NCBI GenBank assembly: GCA_963675755.2
Contig: CAXXMD010000003.1
Coordinates: 2,592,001-2,656,000, forward strand
Direction of reading: 5' to 3'
Origin: a bacterium
GTDB lineage: Bacteria; Zhuqueibacterota; Zhuqueibacteria; Residuimicrobiales; Krinioviventaceae
Length of the DNA stretch: 64,000 nt
In this document: positions 57,007 through 64,000 of the stretch, in pieces
How the letters are laid out: each line of letters starts with the position of its first letter
How positions within the stretch are numbered: position 1 is the first letter of the stretch
Position numbers and translations under genes: made by a program
The notes under the pieces: model-generated
Seen by the model: the letters and a program-made list of their open reading frames with translations, nothing else
Database searches by the model: none
What the model was told of the DNA's origin: nothing

Positions 57007-57077
57007 GTTTTAGTAAACAAGATAAAATCGAGTTTGCTGGGTAACTTTTAGATTGGCTTAGTTAAAAGTTACTAGAT

Positions 57078-57323
57078 TTAGCCTTTTGTCATATCTCTTT
57101 TTCCTAAAAGCAACCCTGCAACACTAATATCTTCGTCCAACTCTTCCCAATGTATGCCTGTACCATTTCCACTAAGCACATAATTTTGCCTTTGTTCTGG
57201 GTTTGCATTTAATAGACGTGGGAAATATTCCAGAGGTACAGACAATTGTCTGCCGTCAGTTAGACTTATCCACATATTATATTCATCAAACCATACTTTG
57301 GTGGCAGATGCTTCAATTACCAA
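57078..57323 (-). CDS. DUF2442 domain protein
   Basis: LTDGRQLSVPLEYFPRL..A..EQR..GIHWEELDEDISVAGLL. Confidence 0.85.
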   Translation of the reverse strand: MVIEASATKVWFDEYNMWISLTDGRQLSVPLEYFPRLLNANPEQRQNYVLSGNGTGIHWEELDEDISVAGLLLGKRDMTKG

Positions 57324-57408
57324 GTACTTGTGCCTTTTATTTTTGATGCATTATAATCCATTATTTGAATGAAAAAAAACAGATATTCACATTATTGCAA
57401 GGACAAGA

Positions 57409-57831
57409 TCATGTTACTTTACTTTTTAAATGAGTTTGTGAAACTTGTAACCCCATAGATAAATAATTAAATACAATTCCTGCCAGTAATATAAAATATG
57501 CAAATATTGTCATCCTTATAATTGTAAACAATAGGGAGAATACTGGAAGGATTGCATCTTTATTATCAAAGTTGTTTGTTTGAATACTATCACACAAGTA
57601 TTTTGTTCTCCAAAACAATCGGATAAAAATAAAAACATGTATCAAAATTTTGCTGATTTTTCTGTAATTCATTTTCTTATTCTGGGATTTTCTGAATATT
57701 TTTATACAGTGAACAAAAAATGCTATACAGAGAATGATCAGCGAAGCGGACAATAAGAAAATATCCACATTGAGGATTTCCTGTGTATTGTCCGGAGGCC
57801 AGGTAAATAGCATTTTTATGATTGCGATCAT
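57409..57831 (-). CDS. Hypothetical membrane protein
   Basis: 140 aa, three hydrophobic segments, very AT-rich. Confidence 0.5.
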   Translation of the reverse strand: MIAIIKMLFTWPPDNTQEILNVDIFLLSASLIILCIAFFVHCIKIFRKSQNKKMNYRKISKILIHVFIFIRLFWRTKYLCDSIQTNNFDNKDAILPVFSLLFTIIRMTIFAYFILLAGIVFNYLSMGLQVSQTHLKSKVT

Positions 57832-57893
57832 TTAATCTTGTATTCGTTATAGGATTTTTTAATTGTGTTTTGTTGATTTTATTTCTGGATATC

Positions 57894-57986
57894 CCTTGTG
57901 TTTTCCCCACTTTTTATAATTAATATAAATTCCTTATAACATGCAAGATTTTTCTCTGTGGCTATTGCGACCTCTGCGTTATCTAG
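57894..57986. repeat. Leader repeat copy C fused to a CGCAGAG-type end repeat
   Basis: 57894-57960 aligns with 58486-58550; 57954-57986 on the minus strand reads CTAGATAACGCAGAGGTCGCAATAGCCACAGAG. Confidence 0.75.
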
Positions 57987-58160
57987 TTTCAACCAGATGG
58001 AAAGGATAGCATCCTTGAATTCAATTAATAATATATTAGAAAGTAATGGCCAATAAAATACAACCTGGTTGGAAGAGATGAACGGGACAAACGTCCCTGT
58101 AAAAATTTAGTCCGGCATCCACCGGTTGGCGGATTGCTGGGCAATCAATGGTATATAGAA

Positions 58161-58391
58161 TTATAAAAATTGATATAGGTATTCTACAATCGAATAAATT
58201 CCAAAAAAAACAAGTATTTTATACGTGTGTCTTATTCTATAAACCTTTGCATCATAAAATCGATCAATTTTAATGAGATGTTCTTTTTTAATAAAATCCG
58301 TTTTATTCATACTTTTTTGATATCTAAAAAATAAAAATCCAAAAAAAACAAAAAAAATCCCAATCTCTAAATGTTTTGTGTCACCAAGCAT
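58161..58391 (-). CDS. Small hypothetical membrane protein, possibly a fragment
   Basis: 76 aa, two hydrophobic segments, no clear RBS. Confidence 0.35.
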   Translation of the reverse strand: MLGDTKHLEIGIFFVFFGFLFFRYQKSMNKTDFIKKEHLIKIDRFYDAKVYRIRHTYKILVFFGIYSIVEYLYQFL

Positions 58392-58485
58392 TATATTTCC
58401 ATAAAGAATTTTATTAAAAGGAAACGATAATTGTTCAATAATATTTGTGCTTTAAAATATTTTCACTTTTGAAATATTTTTATTT

Positions 58486-58614
58486 CCTTGTTTTACCCAC
58501 ATTTTTCAATTAATACAATTTCCTTGTAATATGCAAGATTTTTCTTTGCGTTCCCTTTGTATGCATTGCAGTTAATCCTATCATCCTTGAATCCTATAAA
58601 TCATAATTCAGACA
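58486..58614. repeat. Leader repeat copy B (longest copy)
   Basis: Shares its left part with copy C and most of its length with copy A. Confidence 0.75.
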
Positions 58615-58637
58615 GGGGGGATAGAAAAAAAGGATTA

Positions 58638-59117
58638 TCAATCCTGTTGGAACCGTTGGTCGGCCTGGCCTTTTTGGATGCGTTTGGAATCGACCTGGTC
58701 GAGCCAGCCGTTTCGTTCGGTGGGGTATACGTCGAATTGTGGGACATAGGGTTTAATGTCCAAAAGGGGGGTGCCGTCCAGTATATCCACGTCGGATACA
58801 TGCAGTACCAGTCCGTCAATACGGTCCAGTTTGACGCAGGAAATACCAATGGGATTCGGGCGACTGGGCGCGCGGGTGGCAAATACGCCGTGCGGTGCAT
58901 TATCCATATAAGGGACCACTTGCATCTGCACCGGCTTGGATTTGTGACACCAGAAAATTAGCCAGATACGCTCAAATCCGTCAAGGTCCTGCAATGCGTC
59001 AGCATATTTTTCATCAATTTGCACAATACCGCTGACATTACTTGAGGCGGGTTGAATAGGCGCTCCTTGCGAGCTTTTCAAGCTGGTTTTGATGATTCCG
59101 ATTTGTTCTAGCTGCAT
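58638..59117 (-). CDS. tsaA: TsaA/TrmO family tRNA m6t6A37 methyltransferase-like protein
   Basis: APIQP, GVFATRAPSRPNPIGIS, DILDGTPLLDIKPY. Confidence 0.9.
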   Translation of the reverse strand: MQLEQIGIIKTSLKSSQGAPIQPASSNVSGIVQIDEKYADALQDLDGFERIWLIFWCHKSKPVQMQVVPYMDNAPHGVFATRAPSRPNPIGISCVKLDRIDGLVLHVSDVDILDGTPLLDIKPYVPQFDVYPTERNGWLDQVDSKRIQKGQADQRFQQD

Positions 59118-59127
59118 GACGATCCTT

Positions 59128-59160
59128 AAAAAAAAAGCCCCGAACCGATTGTCCGGGGCT
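59128..59160 (-). terminator. Intrinsic terminator after the DUF1080 gene
   Basis: Minus strand AGCCCCGG...TCGGGGCT followed by a T-tract. Confidence 0.8.
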
Positions 59161-59175
59161 GTATGTAGAGATTCG

Positions 59176-60219
59176 TTATTTAACGATTGGGGTTAAAACA
59201 ATATTGCGGTACGAGACTTTGCCGTGGTCGCCCTGCAGGTAAATGGGACCGGGGACAAACTCGTTGGGTGTCATGGCACCACCGGTGCATCCGTAAACCG
59301 GAGCATTATCGATTATCTTGGTTCCGTTCAAGAGCACTGTCAGGTGGCGGTCACACAGGGTAATGTCAAAAGTCTGCCATTCGCCGGCTGGTTTTTCAGC
59401 AGCCACGGATGGCGTAATGCGACTATAGAGTCCACCCATATTGTGAGAATCCAGGTCTTTACCATAGCTGTCAACAACCTGTACTTCGTAAATACCACGC
59501 AGATAAACACCACTGTTACTGTGCGCGGGCACATTAACCTCGAGTTTCAAATTAAAGTCTTCAAATTCTGCTTCGGTACGCAGGTTTCCGTAACGGATAT
59601 GGGGTTCGCCTTCTTTTTGAACCGGATCGTTTACCAGTGTTCCATCTACAACTTTCCATCCACTGGTCTTTTCTTCTTCCATGAGTTTCCAACCTGAAAG
59701 ATCTTTGCCATTAAACAGGGTAACCGGTTCACCGAATTTCAATGCGCTGAGTTTTGGAGCTTTACCGGGAGCAGGATTACGTTTACCGGTAAACTCGACG
59801 ATGTTGGCTCCAAATCCATTTCTGGAAGATTCGTACATGCGTCCAATGATTTCATCATTACCATTCAGTTTCAGTTCAATACGGTCAATGAGTTTTTGGC
59901 GTACAGTAACATTGCCGTCTTTGTCTTTTTGACGATCTGCATCTCTGGTTCGCCAAACGATACACATATCGTCCATGATTACCGGTTTTTCATCACGTTT
60001 TACCACGCTGCCGCCATACCACAACAGATCGGCTACAGGGTATTCATTACCATCCATGTCGGTTTCAATATGCAAATCTAACCAGCCGGCACCGCCCGGC
60101 AGATAAAGTGCCCATTGTCCAAAGAATTGATTGGTAGATTCCTGTTTGCATCCTGCGGATAAAGAGATGATCAGGGTTACAAGTACCGCAGAGATTGCGT
60201 AAGTCCAGATTTTCTTCAT
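59176..60219 (-). CDS. DUF1080 domain lipoprotein
   Basis: Lipobox SAGC; LFNGKDLSGW, NSGVYLRGIYEVQV, GEWQ, GPIYLQGDH. Confidence 0.88.
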   Translation of the reverse strand: MKKIWTYAISAVLVTLIISLSAGCKQESTNQFFGQWALYLPGGAGWLDLHIETDMDGNEYPVADLLWYGGSVVKRDEKPVIMDDMCIVWRTRDADRQKDKDGNVTVRQKLIDRIELKLNGNDEIIGRMYESSRNGFGANIVEFTGKRNPAPGKAPKLSALKFGEPVTLFNGKDLSGWKLMEEEKTSGWKVVDGTLVNDPVQKEGEPHIRYGNLRTEAEFEDFNLKLEVNVPAHSNSGVYLRGIYEVQVVDSYGKDLDSHNMGGLYSRITPSVAAEKPAGEWQTFDITLCDRHLTVLLNGTKIIDNAPVYGCTGGAMTPNEFVPGPIYLQGDHGKVSYRNIVLTPIVK

Positions 60220-60258
60220 GTTTTACTCCGAATTAAGAATTTATGATTAATACAATTG

Positions 60259-61617
60259 TTACAAGCTCCAGCCTTCCCGATAGGTTTTGTGCAGATATGC
60301 ATTTGCTTCGGGCAGGTTTGAGAATTGCTGTGTAATAGGATCCCATTTCAAGACCTGACGATCCAGCTTTTCGCGCAGATCCATTTGCAGGGCAATGTTA
60401 CCCATCAAGACAACCTCGGTAAGAGGACCAGCCCAATCAAAATTGGAACCGGCGGGTTCTCCACCTTTTAGTGCGTTTATCCATTCCAAATGATGGCCGG
60501 GTGAGCGGGGCAGATATTTTTCAGGGGGTACATATGCATTGCGCAGAGATTCCGGCAGAATCAGATTGTTGAGGATCTTGCCTTTTTCGCCCACATAGAG
60601 GATGCCATTGTCACCCATTTGCAGACCTTCTGCCAGTTCTTCAATTCTATCGGGACGCAGACCGCCGTCGTACCATTTCAGGGTAAGGGGTGGTAAATCA
60701 TCACGAGCAGGGAACTGATATGTTACTATCGATCCTGAGGGATATGTTTCTTTATTTACAAGTGTGGAAACGGCTTGAACGCTTTCCGGGTAGCCCAGTT
60801 TGAGGGCACGGAACGGGGCATCCAGACTGTGGCAGGCAATATCGCCTATTGCGCCGGTACCAAAATCCCACCAGCCGCGCCATTGGTGCGGGTGATACGC
60901 GGGATGATAGGGGCGCATGGGAGCGGGGCCAATCCACAAGTCCCAGTTGATACTATCGGGAACAGCCGGTGTATCTGTGGGGCGCTCAACGCCCTGGGGC
61001 CAGTATGTATCGGTTAATCCTTTGTTGGGGCGGTCGGTCCAGACATGAAGTTCAGTGACTTTACCGATAACGCCATCCCATATAATTTCCTGAATACGTC
61101 GGGTTTCTTCGCTTGCTTGTCCGTGGTTACCCATCTGAGTCGCTACTTTATATTGGCGAGCCGCACGTGCCAATGCACGAGCTTCATATACAGTATGAGT
61201 GAGGGGCTTTTCCGTAAAAACACCTTTACCGCGTCTGATAACTTCCATTGAAGTTATTGCATGGTTGTGATCGGGAGTTGCAACAATAACTCCGTCAATT
61301 TCAGGGTGTTTGTCCAGCATGACACGATAATCCTGATATACTTTGGCATTGGGGTATCTTTCGGATTGCTCTTTAGTCCTTGCAAGGTCAACATCGCAAA
61401 GCCCAACAATGTTGGCATGTTCTTCAACTTTTTTTAAATCATGGAATCCCTGGCCGCCAACACCTATACCTGCGATATTGGGTTTGTCGCTTGGGGATGG
61501 CTGGTCAGTTCCACCCAGTACATGACTGGGTACAATGGTAAATGCGGAAACAATAGCGCTTTTGGCTAAAAAATCACGGCGGGTCAATCTGGTAATGTCT
61601 GAATCCGGATTGCTCAT
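60259..61617 (-). CDS. Tat-exported Gfo/Idh/MocA oxidoreductase
   Basis: TRRDFL, IGVGGQG, ATPDHNH, EKPL, WRGWWDFGTGAIGDIACH. Confidence 0.92.
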   Translation of the reverse strand: MSNPDSDITRLTRRDFLAKSAIVSAFTIVPSHVLGGTDQPSPSDKPNIAGIGVGGQGFHDLKKVEEHANIVGLCDVDLARTKEQSERYPNAKVYQDYRVMLDKHPEIDGVIVATPDHNHAITSMEVIRRGKGVFTEKPLTHTVYEARALARAARQYKVATQMGNHGQASEETRRIQEIIWDGVIGKVTELHVWTDRPNKGLTDTYWPQGVERPTDTPAVPDSINWDLWIGPAPMRPYHPAYHPHQWRGWWDFGTGAIGDIACHSLDAPFRALKLGYPESVQAVSTLVNKETYPSGSIVTYQFPARDDLPPLTLKWYDGGLRPDRIEELAEGLQMGDNGILYVGEKGKILNNLILPESLRNAYVPPEKYLPRSPGHHLEWINALKGGEPAGSNFDWAGPLTEVVLMGNIALQMDLREKLDRQVLKWDPITQQFSNLPEANAYLHKTYREGWSL

Positions 61618-61844
61618 AACATCACTCCCTTGATTAATTTATAATGAAAGTACATGTGGACAGCAGATGCATGTATATAAAATACAGGTATAAAACATAA
61701 ATATCCACTATTTTATTTTAATTTTTTCAGGAATAATAGGATATTTAAGATGGAAAGAGTCAACCAGGTACAAACTGGTTGACCGTGAGAGCGAGTCATA
61801 TATAGATCAAGGTAATCTTTTATATCCTTTAATCAAGGTGATGG

Positions 61845-62216
61845 TTAAATGTGTTGATCAAAAAGGATCGGATTCCCATCCGGATCTATGATGCTAAAGC
61901 TGCCGGGGCCTTCACCGCTTGAATCAACAGGAGATTCGATCTTGATGCCTTTGGATTTTAATTCTTTTTGAATATCTCGAATGTCTGTAAATACACTCAG
62001 GGTGTTGGCACTTTCATCCCATCCCGGATTAAAGGTGAGGATGTTTTTATCAAACATACCCTGAAACAGGCCAATATTGCAGTTTTTATTTTTCATGATG
62101 AGCCAACCCTGGTCTTCATCCCCATGAAATACAATGAAACCCAGCGCTTCGTAAAATTTTTTCGAGACCTTTATATCTTTAACGGTCAGGCTGACTGAGA
62201 ATCCGCCCAGTTCCAT
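61845..62216 (-). CDS. VOC/glyoxalase family protein
   Basis: SLTVKDI..S..FYEALGF, IGLFQGMF, DPDGNPILFDQH; RBS AGGAGGA. Confidence 0.88.
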   Translation of the reverse strand: MELGGFSVSLTVKDIKVSKKFYEALGFIVFHGDEDQGWLIMKNKNCNIGLFQGMFDKNILTFNPGWDESANTLSVFTDIRDIQKELKSKGIKIESPVDSSGEGPGSFSIIDPDGNPILFDQHI

Positions 62217-62261
62217 AACGTCCTCCTTTATTCGTATTGTGTTTGATGTGCAAAATAATAA

Positions 62262-62288
62262 AACGAATAAATGGTGGAAGGTATTCCC
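62262..62288 (-). promoter_or_regulatory. ECF-sigma-type promoter for the VOC gene
   Basis: GGGAAT-N18-GTT. Confidence 0.55.
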
Positions 62289-62334
62289 GCGTGAAAAAAG
62301 GAGATATGAATTATTTATCGAATAAAATTAATTG

Positions 62335-62571
62335 TTAATCGTTTGGCAGCGCTTCAAACGCTCTGCGTTTTGATTCAAACCACTTGTTCATTTCATCCGG
62401 ATTTTGCATCATTGTTTGAATGTTCTGCATGGCCTCAAGATGAGCCGGTTCCTGTTTTTTGAACATTTCCATACCGTGCAGTTTGCTCAATTCTGCCATT
62501 TCTTCAAAGGTCTCTGCCTGGAATGCCTTGTCACATGCACCGCCCAGTTGTTGACAAGTCATGGTTTTCAT
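62335..62571 (-). CDS. DUF1059 domain protein
   Basis: MKTMTCQQLGGACD..F.AETFEE...SK.HG; RBS GGAG. Confidence 0.8.
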   Translation of the reverse strand: MKTMTCQQLGGACDKAFQAETFEEMAELSKLHGMEMFKKQEPAHLEAMQNIQTMMQNPDEMNKWFESKRRAFEALPND

Positions 62572-62601
62572 TTTTTCTCCATTGATCAATTAAATATATT
62601 T

Positions 62602-62629
62602 AACGATCTCATTGGGAGAAGGTATTCCC
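62602..62629 (-). promoter_or_regulatory. ECF-sigma-type promoter for the DUF1059 gene
   Basis: GGGAAT-N19-GTT; first 12 nt identical to the VOC promoter. Confidence 0.55.
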
Positions 62630-62905
62630 AGGAAGTCGGGAGTTTTTGGTTTTAAATGCGCAAAATTCGTGATGTGAATATAAAAAAATCCTGCTTTAAC
62701 TATATGCAGGATTCTATTAATTTTTCTCAATAGCATGGTATCAGAATTTTGCCTTTGATAGGGACAATATTTCCTGTCTTATATTCAGCTCTGCATAGAT
62801 ATACAGAACAAACGGAAAAACTGAGCAGGTGTAGCCGGTAAAAAAGTTAGAGATGAATTGCTATTTTGAGTAATTCTGTTTTGTGATTTTAATATATGTT
62901 TAACC

Positions 62906-63910
62906 TCAGTTATAAAGCGTACAATTGATACATGGAACATCTTGCGGGCTATATTGATCTTTGTTTTTGCTAACCAGAAATTTACGCATTTTAATATATA
63001 ATTCGCTGTTCCATATATCTTCCAGACTGTCTGTCATAATATTGCCATAATAAAATTCTTTTCTTCTCTGTTGATAGAGACAGGGATATACGGTTCCGTC
63101 AGTATCGATAAACATGGTATACCATAGCCAGAAACACTGTGAATACGGTTTTGGGCCCGTATTACAGGGTACGTGTTCTAGATTTGGTTTTATAACATAA
63201 TTGTCAACTTTTGCTTCCAGACAAAAGTTTTTGATTTTATCCATATCTTGTTTGTAATTATCAAATTTTATAGTGTTTACTTTGAGCAAAGGCCATTTTA
63301 AATTGTTTTTCTGTTTGTATTCCATTAAATAGCGGATTGCGTGTTTTACAACATTTATATCTCCACCTACTCGGTATTGCTCATATTGTGATTGCGTCCA
63401 CCCATCCAGCGCTACGGAAACTTCTCCCAGCCCGGCATGTACAAGTTCTTTGATTTTTTCTTCTGTTGCGAGATTAAAGTTGGAGGCGAAATAGGTAAAT
63501 ATATTATCGGAGTATGCTTTTTTTAAAATATCTATAAAATGGGGATTTACCAAAGCTTCTCCAAAGATGTAAAATGAGATTCGTAATGCAGTTTTATGGA
63601 TCTGCTTGTGCATTACAAGGTATTCATCATATGTGATCCATTTTTTATCTGGAATTGGTAATTCCTTTTTGTATTGAACGCAAAGCGGGCATTTTAAATT
63701 ACATATTGCAGCAGCTTCTATTTTGAATATAAAGGGTTTGCACCTGGGTTTTGTTCGTTTTAATTTTTTTTCAACAACTGCTAGAATTACATTGAAAATT
63801 TTGAAAGGTTGTTTTAGTATGGTGAAATGTAATGTTGGAAAGATTACAGATCTCCAGTAATAACTGAATCTGTTGGTGTCGAATTCTTTTTGGTCTAATA
63901 TTTTAGACAT
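62906..63910 (-). CDS. Radical SAM protein with SPASM/twitch domain
   Basis: ICNLKCPLC, GEA, VALDG, CFWLW..DGTVYPC..YGNI..SLEDIWN..CINC. Confidence 0.88.
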   Translation of the reverse strand: MSKILDQKEFDTNRFSYYWRSVIFPTLHFTILKQPFKIFNVILAVVEKKLKRTKPRCKPFIFKIEAAAICNLKCPLCVQYKKELPIPDKKWITYDEYLVMHKQIHKTALRISFYIFGEALVNPHFIDILKKAYSDNIFTYFASNFNLATEEKIKELVHAGLGEVSVALDGWTQSQYEQYRVGGDINVVKHAIRYLMEYKQKNNLKWPLLKVNTIKFDNYKQDMDKIKNFCLEAKVDNYVIKPNLEHVPCNTGPKPYSQCFWLWYTMFIDTDGTVYPCLYQQRRKEFYYGNIMTDSLEDIWNSELYIKMRKFLVSKNKDQYSPQDVPCINCTLYN

Positions 63911-64000
63911 GCTATATTCCCCTCCATTGAGATTGTGATTCCGGATGATAGATTCTATAACGTATACACTTTATTGTAATATAATTTTTATCTTCAAGAG

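Noticed and set aside
62640-62900. Possible riboswitch or ncRNA between the radical SAM and DUF1059 genes
   Set aside because: Only a terminator-like hairpin (62682-62713) is visible; no recognisable aptamer consensus; an Rfam scan is needed
62906-63910. Radical SAM/SPASM enzyme as a RiPP maturase acting on the neighbouring small protein
   Set aside because: DUF1059 has its own promoter beyond a terminator; no precursor, RRE or transporter is visible, and upstream context is cut off by the window edge

Overview
About 55 protein-coding genes from an AT-rich bacterial chromosome. The style of the TonB-dependent receptor and its downstream partner suggests an FCB-group lineage such as KSB1 or Calditrichota (inference). 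No rRNA, tRNA, CRISPR array, integrase or transposase was recognised. Contents from left to right: a TonB receptor plus an unannotated secreted partner behind a LacI-type operator; an ALDH/Fe-ADH/HAD/GATase/OPA-MFS catabolic operon; a sigma28-driven YjfB-like gene; two ~1500-aa PAS/GAF histidine kinases; a GH127/146 enzyme; two Gfo/Idh/MocA + DUF1080 modules; menA-menC-menE coupled to a tandem thymidylate-kinase-like pair and a split Ppx (PPK3-like polyphosphate locus); an orphan SbcC/Rad50; ada-alkA/ogt; a duplicated arsF-arsG; and a small AT-rich island with toxin-antitoxin genes. The most unusual signal is a family of (CGCAGAG)x3 inverted repeats. One pair brackets a frameshifted GxxExxY nuclease gene. 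A near-identical second pair brackets an unrelated AT-rich cargo gene. A third copy is fused to a ~100-bp leader repeat that precedes several genes of the small island. Together these suggest a gene-capturing, repeat-delimited cassette system. All family calls come from motifs read by eye; no database searches were run.
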